A DNA stretch of 33,934 bases from a virus (IMGVR_UViG_3300032296_000132:1-33934), one strand, 5' to 3'; numbered from the stretch's first letter, positions 16,871-26,742 are shown. Numbers and translations are program-made. Notes: generated by a model from the letters alone, not told the origin.

Positions 16871-18565
16871 ATGGCATTTGTGATTAATGACCGGGTACTT
16901 GAAACCTCTACTGTTATAGGTACGGGTCCGGCTACTCTGCTTGGTGCTTCTACAGGCTTTCAAAGTTTTTCGGCGGGTATTGGTGGTAGCAATACAACTT
17001 ATTACTGTATCGTTAACCCAAGCGTAGCTGCTGAATGGGAAGTAGGTCTTGGCACACTTGATGCAACTGGGTTGATACTTACACGTACAACAGTTTATAA
17101 ATCATCAAACGCAGACGCTGCGGTTGTATTTACTGCTGGTACCAAAACAGTATTTGGTACCTACCCATCGTCACGCTCGGTTAACTATGTTGCTGACGGT
17201 TCTATAACTATTACAGGCGCAGCAACGTTTAACAGCACCGCTGGATTTACTGGTGTAACTACAGTCACATCCGCTACCAACAGCCCATTTGTTGTAAACA
17301 ACAATGGCACTGGCACACCGCTGCCTAATTCGGTTGCGTCTTTCTTTGGAAACGTAAACAGCTATTCTCAAGTTAATTACCAGAACTTAAACGCTGGTAA
17401 TAACGCATCCACTGACTTTGTTGCTACAGCAGATAACGGTAACGATACAACTAACTTTGTTAATTTTGGTATCAATAGCTCAACCTACAATCTAGGTACG
17501 TTTACGATTACTGGAATTAACGACGGTTACTTTTACTCGCAGAGTACAAACCTTGCGATTGGTACCGCAGCGGCGGCTAAATCAATTAAGTTCTTCCAAG
17601 GCGGTACATTAGCCGCCAATGAAGTAGCGCGTTTTGCCCCAACCACAAATAACTTGTTGGTTAATACTACGAATGACGGTGCTGGCACTTCTAAAGTCCG
17701 CGTTGCTGGCGTAATCGAGTCAACCACAGGTGGCTTTAAGTTCCCTAATGGTACAACTCAAACTGCTGCTGCGGCGACTTATGGGATAACCATTAAGCTA
17801 GGAAACTCGCCAATCCAGTCGTTTATGTATTCGTTTGCGGATGCGAACGCCACCACTGCAAGTCATATATCAATGGTGCCAAATGCTAAAACGACTAATA
17901 CACTTATGGCTTTGGGCACTATTACTGGTGGTTCAGCGTATACCAACGGCACTTACACAAACGTTCCGTTGACTGGCGGTTCTGGTACAGGCGCAGTTGC
18001 GACACAGGTAGTTGTTTCTACAGGCACAATAACTTCAGTATCCCTACCGCATGATGTTGGCGCTGTAGTTTTAGGTACCATTGGTGGTGGCTCTGGTTAT
18101 GTAGATGGTACATACTCAAACGTACCGTTGACTGGCGGGGCAGGAGTTAATGCAGTAGCGACTTCAATTACTGTGTCAGGCGGGGCAGTTACAGCGGTTG
18201 TTTTGCCCGCCACCGGTACTGGTTCGGGTTATGCAGCTACAAACGTTTTAACCGCAGCGAATACTTTCTTAGGACCCCCAAGTGGTACGGGTTCAGGGTT
18301 TACCTACACGGTTACACAAGTTTCAACTTTTGGCGTTAATTACGCTTATGGCGACACGCTATCTGTTTTGGCAGCTAACGTGGGCGGTACAGGTTCTGGT
18401 TTTTCAATTCCTGTTGCATTACTATCAGCAGGTGGTGACGAACTAGAAATGGACGGTATTAAGGTTTCCGCACAATGTTTAAATAACGGAATCGTTACTG
18501 TTTATGTTGATGCAAGCCCCGGTTATATAGCTGGGGGCCGCACTTTTGCTTACACTCTCGGCTAA
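16871..18565 (+). CDS. Tail fibre-like protein
   Basis: 564 aa, T/G/N-rich; DRVLETS..GTG...WEVGLG N-terminal anchor; internal GGSGY-type repeats. Confidence 0.75.
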   Translation: MAFVINDRVLETSTVIGTGPATLLGASTGFQSFSAGIGGSNTTYYCIVNPSVAAEWEVGLGTLDATGLILTRTTVYKSSNADAAVVFTAGTKTVFGTYPSSRSVNYVADGSITITGAATFNSTAGFTGVTTVTSATNSPFVVNNNGTGTPLPNSVASFFGNVNSYSQVNYQNLNAGNNASTDFVATADNGNDTTNFVNFGINSSTYNLGTFTITGINDGYFYSQSTNLAIGTAAAAKSIKFFQGGTLAANEVARFAPTTNNLLVNTTNDGAGTSKVRVAGVIESTTGGFKFPNGTTQTAAAATYGITIKLGNSPIQSFMYSFADANATTASHISMVPNAKTTNTLMALGTITGGSAYTNGTYTNVPLTGGSGTGAVATQVVVSTGTITSVSLPHDVGAVVLGTIGGGSGYVDGTYSNVPLTGGAGVNAVATSITVSGGAVTAVVLPATGTGSGYAATNVLTAANTFLGPPSGTGSGFTYTVTQVSTFGVNYAYGDTLSVLAANVGGTGSGFSIPVALLSAGGDELEMDGIKVSAQCLNNGIVTVYVDASPGYIAGGRTFAYTLG

Positions 18566-18581
18566 TTTATAGGAGCTTCAA

Positions 18582-19262
18582 ATGGCTATTATTCAATCTG
18601 GTGCAAATAGCACTGTTCTTCAAACTGTTGATCCAACTTTTTTGGCGGCTCGTATATCTGAGCGCCCACCAGAAATTCTTGGTGCATATCAAATGACCTT
18701 GACTTCTGGTTCATTGACCACTGTGGCTGCTGGCGCTACGGTGTTCTCTTTCCGTTGGGCACCTGCTACAACTACTCAGCTTTGCATGGTTCGTCGTGTT
18801 GAAGTTGGTTTCTCAACTATCACGGCATTTGGTACCGCGCAGTCTTTACAGTATTCGTTGCAGATTGCTCGTCAGTGGACAGCTAATGACACAGTCGGTA
18901 CTACGGCGCTGTTTACTCAAACTAACACCGGCAAGTTCCGTACCACTATGCCTACTTCGGCATTTGCTGGTGGTGGTCAGATTTTTATCGCAACTACCGG
19001 CGCAATCACTGCTGGTACTCGTACGCTTGATACCCAAGCTATTGCGACTGTACAAGGTCAGTCAACTGCGATTGGTACTGTATTGACCGCTGCCCCAATC
19101 TACCAACACCAGCCGGGCGACTACCCAATTATTTTTGCTGCTAACGAGGGCTTCATCCTTAACAACGTGCAGCTTATGGGTGCTACTGGTGTGATTAACT
19201 TGACTGTTAACGTCGAGTGGATGGAACTTGCAGCAACTACTGGTAACGCAATCGCTTACTAA
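18582..19262 (+). CDS. Probable virion structural protein
   Basis: 226 aa, T/A-rich beta-type protein; SD AGGAG. Confidence 0.65.
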   Translation: MAIIQSGANSTVLQTVDPTFLAARISERPPEILGAYQMTLTSGSLTTVAAGATVFSFRWAPATTTQLCMVRRVEVGFSTITAFGTAQSLQYSLQIARQWTANDTVGTTALFTQTNTGKFRTTMPTSAFAGGGQIFIATTGAITAGTRTLDTQAIATVQGQSTAIGTVLTAAPIYQHQPGDYPIIFAANEGFILNNVQLMGATGVINLTVNVEWMELAATTGNAIAY

Positions 19263-19273
19263 TGAAGTGAACG

Positions 19274-19291
19274 GGGCGGCGAAAGCCGCCC
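19274..19291 (+). other. Intergenic GNRA hairpin without U tract
   Basis: GGGCGGC-GAAA-GCCGCCC; may be an mRNA stabiliser or weak terminator. Confidence 0.6.
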
Positions 19292-19310
19292 TAATTCAAT
19301 AGGGGTCTGT

Positions 19311-19550
19311 ATGTTAGGTTTAGCTCCATTTTCTGGTGCACCGTTTTCTGGTTATTTAATATTTGAGCCTACTTCTACAGTATCTGGGCTGCAAGCTAAT
19401 GCCTTATTGAATTCGGTTACTGCTACTCCAGCAACAGACGTATCAATTACTGGGGTGTCAGGCACTGTGCTATTGAACAGTGGAATTAATGGGACTACGT
19501 TCCCACTTCGTTGGACTACGATTAATACCGCGCAATATCCATTGGAGTGA
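19311..19550 (+). CDS. Small structural-type protein (MLG..PFS..PFS N-terminus)
   Basis: 79 aa; SD AGGGG; two imperfect (V/I)(S/T)G.....LLNS repeats. Confidence 0.65.
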   Translation: MLGLAPFSGAPFSGYLIFEPTSTVSGLQANALLNSVTATPATDVSITGVSGTVLLNSGINGTTFPLRWTTINTAQYPLE

Positions 19551-19552
19551 TC

Positions 19553-20170
19553 ATGCTTGACCCGGTGACTATTGGGCTGGCTATACAAGGCGTGAAGTTA
19601 GTAGTTAACGGTATTAAAGCCGCCGCCGATGAAGCCAAGGAAGCGTTTGATAGCATTAACGAATGCGTAGAGTCTGGTAGAAACTTAGCCGAATCGCTTT
19701 CACCGGTGAAAAAGTTTTTCTCAGCGGCAGGTAAGTACGAAACAAACAGAGCAAAGTTAGAAGAAGCAAAAGTAGCGCAGGAAGAAGCGGTAGAACGTGG
19801 TGAAACAGTCGCTGACCATATGTCAGATGCTGAGTATGTGATGGAGTTGATGGCGATAGATCGCCAGATTAAGCAGTACTACGACGACATCAAACATATT
19901 TTTATCTACCACTTTCAAGAAGCTGGGATGTGGGATGAGTTCTGGGCAAGGATGCATAAGCTCAGATCAGATCGTGAAGCTAAAGCGGAAGCTAAGCGAT
20001 TAGCGGAAACTGAAAAAAGATTAGAAGCAAAACGCGCTGAAATGAAAAAGCGTCGTGAGCGACAAAAGTTGATAGATAGCATTGAAACAGTAGTAGCAAG
20101 TCTTGTTATTGTTGCGATTATTTTGGCGTTTTGCTGGGCTATATGGTGGATGTTCCAACAAGGAGGTTGA
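19553..20170 (+). CDS. Coiled-coil protein with C-terminal transmembrane helix
   Basis: MLDPVTIG N-terminus, VVASLVIVAIILAFCWAIWWMF hydrophobic segment; SD GGAG at 19544-19547. Confidence 0.75.
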   Translation: MLDPVTIGLAIQGVKLVVNGIKAAADEAKEAFDSINECVESGRNLAESLSPVKKFFSAAGKYETNRAKLEEAKVAQEEAVERGETVADHMSDAEYVMELMAIDRQIKQYYDDIKHIFIYHFQEAGMWDEFWARMHKLRSDREAKAEAKRLAETEKRLEAKRAEMKKRRERQKLIDSIETVVASLVIVAIILAFCWAIWWMFQQGG

Positions 20171-20171
20171 C

Positions 20172-20582
20172 ATGCTAGGACTTGATGCGCTGCTGGGTAT
20201 CGGCGGCAAACTGATCGATAAACTGATCCCTGACCCTGAACAGAAAGCCAAGGCGCAGTTAGAACTTGCCAAGATGGCGCAGGATGGTGAACTAGCCAAG
20301 ATGGCTAATGACACCGACTTGTACAAGACAGAACAGAACAACCTGACCGAGCGCCTTAAAGCCGACATGGCAAGCGATAGCTGGTTGTCCAAGAACATCC
20401 GGCCTTTGACGCTGGTATATATCTTGGTAGCCTACATGGCGCTGGCTATTCTGGACGCTGCATTGATTGACATCGCCGACTCCTTTGTTGAGTTGCTGGG
20501 GCAGTGGGGGATGCTTGTGATGTCCTTCTACTTTGGCGGCAGAACGCTTGAGAAGATCATCGATATGAAAGCCAAGAAATGA
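20172..20582 (+). CDS. Holin (3TM / GTA-type family)
   Basis: Start ATG 20172 with SD AAGGAGG; LIDKLIPDP, SWLSKNIRP, two hydrophobic segments, YFGGRTLEK; overlaps the endolysin start. Confidence 0.8.
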   Translation: MLGLDALLGIGGKLIDKLIPDPEQKAKAQLELAKMAQDGELAKMANDTDLYKTEQNNLTERLKADMASDSWLSKNIRPLTLVYILVAYMALAILDAALIDIADSFVELLGQWGMLVMSFYFGGRTLEKIIDMKAKK

Positions 20583-21091
20583 AAGAGAACTTTGACGAAG
20601 CTCTGAAGGCCATCCTGAAGCACGAGGGTGGTTTCGTAAACCACCCGAAAGACCCCGGTGGCATGACCAATCTGGGCGTGACCAAGAAAGTCTGGGAAGA
20701 ATGGGTGGGGCATCCTGTTGACGAAAAGGCAATGCGCGCTCTGACACCCGAAGTGGTAGGCCCGATGTACAAGAAGAAGTACTGGGATGCTGTGAAGGCT
20801 GACGAGATGCCGGATGGACTGGACTATCTGATGTTTGACTTTGCCGTCAACGCTGGCCCCGGTCGGGCGGTTAAGACTATGCAGAAAGCTATCGGCACCA
20901 CGCCTGACGGTGCTATCGGCCCCAAGACCATGCAAGCATTAAAAGATGCCAATCAGGCTGAATTAGTGGCAAAATTCAGCGCAGAAAAGGAAGCGTTTTA
21001 CCGCAGTCTGCCTACGTTTGCGACCTTTGGTAAGGGCTGGTTGCGCCGCTTGGCAGAGGCTAAAACCCACGCCGAGACCATGCTTGCTTAA
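20579..21091 (+). CDS. Endolysin, glycoside hydrolase family 108 with peptidoglycan-binding C-terminus
   Basis: HEGGFVNHPKDPGGMTNLGVT catalytic motif, FDFAVNAG, DGAIGPKT, FGKGWLRR. Confidence 0.92.
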   Translation: MKENFDEALKAILKHEGGFVNHPKDPGGMTNLGVTKKVWEEWVGHPVDEKAMRALTPEVVGPMYKKKYWDAVKADEMPDGLDYLMFDFAVNAGPGRAVKTMQKAIGTTPDGAIGPKTMQALKDANQAELVAKFSAEKEAFYRSLPTFATFGKGWLRRLAEAKTHAETMLA

Positions 21092-21103
21092 CAAGGAATA
21101 AAT

Positions 21104-21898
21104 ATGGCAGTTTCAGAATACTCCGAAAGTTTACGTATTGAGCTTATCCCGAACGGTGAGCAGTCGGGTACGTGGGGCACTACGACTAACCTGAACCTAG
21201 GCACATTGCTTGAGGACGGTATTACTGGTTATGTGGATGTAATAGCTTCCACCGCTACTCCCGGCGTTCTTAAGTATCCACTGACAACTAACAACGGTGC
21301 GGTGGATGAAGCGCGAAGCGCGATTGTAAGTCTTGATGTAGATGGCACTACCATCGCAGCCGCGTATGAGGTGTTTATCCCTCCGGTGCCAAAGACATAC
21401 ATCATGCGCAACTTAGCGGCGTACGACGTGACCATATACGTTAGCACGGTTGATGGCAACGTAATTCCAAAAGGTACTGGGGCGCTAATACCCGCAGGTA
21501 AAACCTCGCAGATATGGACAGATGGCACTGATTTATTTAGCTCGACAGATTTTATAGATGGCTCTTTGTCGTTTACTACCCCACTTCCTGTTGCTTCAGG
21601 CGGCACTGGTTTAGCTGCGCCTATCGGTGTATTGGTCGGCAATAGTACTGGCACTGCTATAACTGCGATTGCACCGGGGACTGCGGGTAATTTGTTACAG
21701 TCAGACGGCGTTACATGGGTCGCTTCAACCGCCGGTGCGGGTTCTGTGGCGGGCGGTACTATTTATGAGACTACTACGATACTAACTCAGAATTACACAT
21801 TGACCGTTGGTAAAAACGGTATGACAGTGGGGCCATTTACTATTGCAACCGGTGCGTCATTAACAGTGCCAACGGGCCAGCGGTTTGTTATTATTTAA
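21104..21898 (+). CDS. Tail fibre/baseplate adaptor-like protein
   Basis: GEQSGTWGTTTN N-terminus, LPVASGGTG fibre repeat, C-terminal NYTLTVGKNGMTVGPFTIATGASLTVP module. Confidence 0.65.
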   Translation: MAVSEYSESLRIELIPNGEQSGTWGTTTNLNLGTLLEDGITGYVDVIASTATPGVLKYPLTTNNGAVDEARSAIVSLDVDGTTIAAAYEVFIPPVPKTYIMRNLAAYDVTIYVSTVDGNVIPKGTGALIPAGKTSQIWTDGTDLFSSTDFIDGSLSFTTPLPVASGGTGLAAPIGVLVGNSTGTAITAIAPGTAGNLLQSDGVTWVASTAGAGSVAGGTIYETTTILTQNYTLTVGKNGMTVGPFTIATGASLTVPTGQRFVII

Positions 21899-21907
21899 GG
21901 ATTAGCT

Positions 21908-22669
21908 ATGGCAAGCATAATTAACGCAGTATCAGGTGGGTCTGGTGGCTTAGTTACCGCTGGCGACGCATCGGGTACTTTGCAAATTCAAACCGGTGGC
22001 ACTACAGCTATTACTGTTGGCGCGGATCAGAGTATTACCTTTTCAGGCACGGTTGTAGGTATTAGTACCGGGGCTATCATTATTAGAACCCTTGAGACTA
22101 CTGGTACTTGGACTAAACCCGCCAATTTAGTTGGCGCTAAAGTTACTGTAGTTGGTGGTGGAGCAGGTGGCGCAACAACTGGTTCCACGCAGGGTGGTGC
22201 TGGCGGCGGTGGTGCTGGCGGCGCATCAATTAAATTCTATACAGCAGCGCAATTAGGCGCGACTGTGTCTTATACAGTAGGTACTGGTGGAGCGGCTGGT
22301 GGTAGCTCGGGTGGTAGTGGGGGGGCAACTTCTTTTGGCTCGGGTAGCACGGCTGTTATATCAGCTACGGGCGGCGGTGGCGGAAGTTGGATATCTGACC
22401 GTTACGGTGTAGGCGGTGGCGGTGGTTCTGGTAGTGGCGGCGATACAAATATTGATGGCGGCGGCGGTAATGGCGGCGCAAGTGGTTCTGGTGGTGGCGG
22501 TAACAGTATTTTTGGCGCTGGTGGACGGTCTGCCGCCGTAGGCGGTGCAGCTTATGGTCCCGGCGGTAGATACGGCGGCGGTGGCTCCGGGGGTGGCGCA
22601 GTAAACGGTGTTATAGGTGCGGGCGCTGCTGGCTATGCTGGCGTTGTAATTGTCGAGGAGCATTACTAA
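21908..22669 (+). CDS. Glycine-rich tail-tip/adhesin-like protein
   Basis: GTWTKP...VVGGGAGG...GVVIVEE glycine-rich (polyglycine-type) domain. Confidence 0.75.
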   Translation: MASIINAVSGGSGGLVTAGDASGTLQIQTGGTTAITVGADQSITFSGTVVGISTGAIIIRTLETTGTWTKPANLVGAKVTVVGGGAGGATTGSTQGGAGGGGAGGASIKFYTAAQLGATVSYTVGTGGAAGGSSGGSGGATSFGSGSTAVISATGGGGGSWISDRYGVGGGGGSGSGGDTNIDGGGGNGGASGSGGGGNSIFGAGGRSAAVGGAAYGPGGRYGGGGSGGGAVNGVIGAGAAGYAGVVIVEEHY

Positions 22670-22670
22670 G

Positions 22671-23087
22671 ATGAAACAGGCACTTATTTCTCCCCAAGAA
22701 CAAATTATTAGCCAGTCTGGTCAAATCGGCGCTCGGGTTGCACAGGTCGTTGCTAGTGGCTCAGAGTTTCCAGTTGGTCTGCCGTTGTTTTGGGCGGAGT
22801 GCGCGGACGACTGCGACTCTAGTACTTGGTGGTACTACGAGGGCATTTGCCAACCCAAGCCAATTCCAATACCGACTGCTGAAGAAAATAAAGCCACAGC
22901 GGTAGATAAATTATCTGCCACAGATTGGACTCAGACAACGGATGTATCTAATCCAGCCAACAACCCTTACCTGATGAACGCTACAGAGTTTGCTTCTTAT
23001 CGTGATCAAGTACGTCAGGTAGCTGTCAATCCTGTTAGCGGTTTCATCGACTGGCCTGTGGAACCCTCGGCGCAGTGGAGTAGCTAA
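22671..23087 (+). CDS. Tail fibre assembly chaperone-like protein
   Basis: LSATDWTQ..DV...YRDQVR...WP..P motif; ATG 22671 with SD GAGGAG. Confidence 0.75.
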   Translation: MKQALISPQEQIISQSGQIGARVAQVVASGSEFPVGLPLFWAECADDCDSSTWWYYEGICQPKPIPIPTAEENKATAVDKLSATDWTQTTDVSNPANNPYLMNATEFASYRDQVRQVAVNPVSGFIDWPVEPSAQWSS

Positions 23088-23109
23088 ATAAAATTTTATA
23101 GGTGCAGCT

Positions 23110-23637
23110 ATGTCAGTCACAATTAATGGCACTACAGGTTCTATATCCTTAGCCCTACCACCGGGTATGGTGATGTATTTCGCAAACTCCACTGCTCCGG
23201 GCGGTTGGTTAGAGTGTAATGGGGCAGCGGTTTCACGTACTATTTATGCTGATCTTTTTGGTGCAATAGGCATAGTTTACGGTTCAGGAGACGGTGCTAC
23301 TACATTTAATCTTCCTGACTTACGTGGGCAGTTTGTTCGTGGATGGTCAAATGGTGCGGCTATAGATAGTGGCAGAACAATTGGTTCAAGTCAGTTAGAC
23401 CAGATGCAACAAATAACGGGTAGTGTTACAAACATAGGAAGAGTACATTCGGGGTCTTCAAACGTAGGTACTGGGGCGCTTTCTATTACCGGTTCAGCAG
23501 AAGGAAACAACGGTATTGCTGCGGGCGGTAATACTGGAGTTAATATAGGTTTTAACAATGCTACTTCTACTGGCGCTAGGGTAGGAACTGAAACTCGCCC
23601 AACTAACGTAGCGATGATGGCATGTATTAAATTTTAA
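23110..23637 (+). CDS. Phage tail collar domain protein
   Basis: PGGWLECNGAAVSRTIYADLF...YG.GDG.TTFNLPDLRGQFVRG...ETRPTNVAM. Confidence 0.9.
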   Translation: MSVTINGTTGSISLALPPGMVMYFANSTAPGGWLECNGAAVSRTIYADLFGAIGIVYGSGDGATTFNLPDLRGQFVRGWSNGAAIDSGRTIGSSQLDQMQQITGSVTNIGRVHSGSSNVGTGALSITGSAEGNNGIAAGGNTGVNIGFNNATSTGARVGTETRPTNVAMMACIKF

Positions 23638-23685
23638 TATTGATGCTTGCTTATTTGTAAAAGCAAAGTATCTAAAGGAGTAATT

Positions 23686-24102
23686 ATGTCGATGTCAATA
23701 AGCGGGGATACTGGACTTACGTTCCCTGATGCCTCAACTCAAACCGCATCCCCCGCTAGTCTGGGGTTTCAGACTGCGGCAGAAGTTACTACTACTGCCA
23801 CTACTGTCGTTAATAATTTGTCTTTAGGTATAGGGCAGACTTGGCAAAATGTTGCTGGCAGCAGGGCATCAAATGGTACGGTTTACACTAATAATACTGG
23901 TAAACCAATCATGGTGGCATTTTCATCCGGCGGCGGTGGGTCTCTTAATGTGACCTATACAGTGGGGGGCGTAACAATAGGTCTTGCTTATTTATCTGCT
24001 GGTAACGCTATGTATTTTCCTTTTTCTTTTATCGTGCCTGATGGGGCTACTTATAGTATTTATAGTGATAGAGGGACTACTACTTGGGCGGAACTTCGTT
24101 AA
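23686..24102 (+). CDS. Small tail-fibre tip protein
   Basis: ATG 23686 with SD AAGGAG; GQTWQNV..SR...YTN.TGKPI...FIVP.GATY...WAELR fibre C-terminal domain. Confidence 0.75.
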   Translation: MSMSISGDTGLTFPDASTQTASPASLGFQTAAEVTTTATTVVNNLSLGIGQTWQNVAGSRASNGTVYTNNTGKPIMVAFSSGGGGSLNVTYTVGGVTIGLAYLSAGNAMYFPFSFIVPDGATYSIYSDRGTTTWAELR

Positions 24103-24111
24103 GGATTATTT

Positions 24112-24333
24112 ATGAAACTATCTTATGAAGCTAAAGTTTTGCCAGACGGTTCCATCGAATCTGCCCACACAGTTGAACAGGTTTGCGTCCATTGCCAAGA
24201 CCCTGTGAGCGAAAAAGAAGCCGCGTCTGGCGTGTGCACTAAATGCAATATGCCTTGGGAGGCCACACAAAGCGTAACGGTAAGTATAACTTCCATGCCA
24301 GCAATTCAGGGCCTGACTATTAACATAGGTTAA
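24112..24333 (+). CDS. Small zinc-ribbon protein
   Basis: CVHC...CTKC; SD AAGGA. Confidence 0.75.
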   Translation: MKLSYEAKVLPDGSIESAHTVEQVCVHCQDPVSEKEAASGVCTKCNMPWEATQSVTVSITSMPAIQGLTINIG

Positions 24334-24335
24334 TC

Positions 24336-26429
24336 ATGCCTCTACAGAGACTGCAATTTCGCCCCGGTGTAAACCGCGAGAGCACGACACTTGCTAACGA
24401 AGGGGGTTGGTACGCTTGCGATAAAGTGCGGTTTCGTTCTGGCTATCCTGAAAAGATTGGCGGTTGGACAGCGTTTTCCAACGACACTTTTTTAGGCGTC
24501 TGCCGTTCACTCTGGAATTGGGTGACTCTTAAAAGTTTTAATCTTGTTGGACTTGGCACACACCTGAAGTTCTATATAGAGAACGGCGGCGCGTATTACG
24601 ACATCACCCCCATCCGGTACACTTCTACGGTTGCTTCAAACGCTTTTACCACAGGGGTATCCACTCTAAACGGCGGCATTAACGCAACCCAGACTTCAAT
24701 AACATTAACGAACGCCTCAAATTTTTCTACCGCAGGGGGCGTTATTTATATCGGGTCTGAGCAGATTTTTTACGGCGCAATTACTAGTAACACATTAACG
24801 AATTGCGTTCGAGGTTATAACGGTACAACTGCCGCAGCGCATTTAACTGGGGCTACGGTTGCTTCTTCCACAATCATAGTTACTGATCCGGGGCATGGCG
24901 GTCAGACGGATGACTTCGTCACCATTTCCAATGTTGTAGGGTTTGTGAACGGTATTCCCGTGTCGTACATCAATGGTAACTGGCAGATGACTGTCATTGA
25001 CTCTACGTTTTGGACGTTTACTATAGCAACTCCTGCAATTACTGATGGGGTAGCTATAAACGGTGCAACTTTTACCTACGAAATTGGGACTGGTAAGGCT
25101 GTATATACCGCTGGTACTGGCTGGGGCGCTGGCCCTTGGAGTCGTTTGGGTTGGGGCGATGGTTTTACGACCGGTGTGGGGCAGCAGCTTCGCCTGTGGA
25201 GCCAAATTAACTACGGACAGGATTTATTGTTTTCTTACCGTGGTGGGCCTATTTATCATTGGGCACCGGGTCCCGGCACTCAGCCAGATTTTGGCACTAG
25301 GGGTGATCTCGTCACAGGCTCAGAATGCCCTACTCAGGTGCTACAGCTTTTGATCTCAGACGCTACGCGGATTGTGATTGCGTTTGGTTGCGACCCATAT
25401 TCATTTGAACCCGACCCCGGCGTTCTTGATCCACTGCTTATTCGCTGGTCTGTCTCTGAAGACTATACCGACTGGAACCCTGCAATTACGAATCAGGCTG
25501 GTAGCTACCGGCTTTCTCACGGCTCATTGATTATTGGCGCATTGCAAACGCGTCAAGAAAATTTGATTTGGACAGACACCGCTATGTACTCCATGCAGTA
25601 CGCTGGCCCACCGTTCGTTTGGAACTTTAATATTCTTGCCGACAATCTGTCTATTTGTAGCCCGAACGCCATGACTACAGTCAACGGTGTAGTTTATTGG
25701 ATGGGTACTGACAAGTTCTATATGTACGCTGGTCGAGTAGAAACTTTGCCGTCTACCGTTCGTCAGTATGTGTTTAGCGACATTAACCGTGATCAGTTCT
25801 ATCAAGTGGTTGCCGGTACAAATGAGGGCTACAACGAGGTGTGGTGGCAGTACTGCTCAGCTAATTCAACAATCAACGATAGATACGTCATCTACAACCA
25901 CCTTGACCGTGTGTGGTACTACGGCACGTTAAATCGTACGGCTTGGCTGGATAGCCCGCTGCGTGGCTTCCCTATGGCTGCTGACCCAAATGTTAATCGC
26001 CTTGTGTTCCACGAGTTTGGGGTCAATGACAACTCCACAAATACCCCTCAACCTATTAATGCTTATATCCAGTCTTCCGACTTTGACATTGGTGATGGAC
26101 ACAATTATGGGTTTGTGTGGCGCATAGTGCCAGATATTACTTTTGACGGGTCTAATGTTGTTCAGGGCGCTACAACCCCACGGGTGGATTTTACAGTTCT
26201 TCCACGTAGAAACCCCGGGTCGGCCTATGGCCCAGCGGATAACCCGCCGGTTATAACTGAAAACAACTATGCGGTGGCAAACACTTATGAGGTTCAGCAA
26301 TTTACCCAGATTGTGTACACCCGCGTTCGTGGCAGACAGATGGCTTTCAAGGTCGAGTCCAATACGCTTGGCACTCAGTGGCAGCTAGGTACACCCAGTA
26401 TGGATGTACGTCCGGACGGCAGGAGATAA
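24336..26429 (+). CDS. Probable tail nozzle / tail tubular protein B (P22 gp10-like)
   Basis: 697 aa with beta-propeller-like content (LIRWS, VYWMG, EVWW.Y, YVIYN), upstream of the ejection genes. Confidence 0.7.
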   Translation: MPLQRLQFRPGVNRESTTLANEGGWYACDKVRFRSGYPEKIGGWTAFSNDTFLGVCRSLWNWVTLKSFNLVGLGTHLKFYIENGGAYYDITPIRYTSTVASNAFTTGVSTLNGGINATQTSITLTNASNFSTAGGVIYIGSEQIFYGAITSNTLTNCVRGYNGTTAAAHLTGATVASSTIIVTDPGHGGQTDDFVTISNVVGFVNGIPVSYINGNWQMTVIDSTFWTFTIATPAITDGVAINGATFTYEIGTGKAVYTAGTGWGAGPWSRLGWGDGFTTGVGQQLRLWSQINYGQDLLFSYRGGPIYHWAPGPGTQPDFGTRGDLVTGSECPTQVLQLLISDATRIVIAFGCDPYSFEPDPGVLDPLLIRWSVSEDYTDWNPAITNQAGSYRLSHGSLIIGALQTRQENLIWTDTAMYSMQYAGPPFVWNFNILADNLSICSPNAMTTVNGVVYWMGTDKFYMYAGRVETLPSTVRQYVFSDINRDQFYQVVAGTNEGYNEVWWQYCSANSTINDRYVIYNHLDRVWYYGTLNRTAWLDSPLRGFPMAADPNVNRLVFHEFGVNDNSTNTPQPINAYIQSSDFDIGDGHNYGFVWRIVPDITFDGSNVVQGATTPRVDFTVLPRRNPGSAYGPADNPPVITENNYAVANTYEVQQFTQIVYTRVRGRQMAFKVESNTLGTQWQLGTPSMDVRPDGRR

Positions 26430-26430
26430 T

Positions 26431-26742
26431 ATGTCAACTGGAACAACAAGAGCGCCAGCGTTGCCCTACGCGCCCGTCGAGTACGACCGGCTATATATGG
26501 ATCAGCTACTGAACATTCTCAGGCTTTACTTTCAGCAGCTAGACAACCCCGGCCCTAGCGCAGCGTCCACGCAGGTCATAAACTTGAACCAGATTGTATC
26601 TGCCATGAACTTTAGCGTAATAAATCAGGCGACTGGGCAGAGGGTTGCGAGCTTGCCTACCGAGGCAGACTTAGCCAATATGCGGGTGGGCGACTTGTAC
26701 CGTGACACAACAGCAGATAACGTAATAAAGATAAAGGTATGA
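26431..26742 (+). CDS. Small tail-associated protein
   Basis: ATG 26431 with SD AGGAG; PALPYAPVEYD...LRLYFQQLD. Confidence 0.7.
   Translation: MSTGTTRAPALPYAPVEYDRLYMDQLLNILRLYFQQLDNPGPSAASTQVINLNQIVSAMNFSVINQATGQRVASLPTEADLANMRVGDLYRDTTADNVIKIKV

Noticed and set aside
22150-22640. GG runs in the glycine-rich tail protein as further processing motifs
   Set aside because: Explained by the polyglycine domain; they lack the [MFY]-[AKS] prefix.
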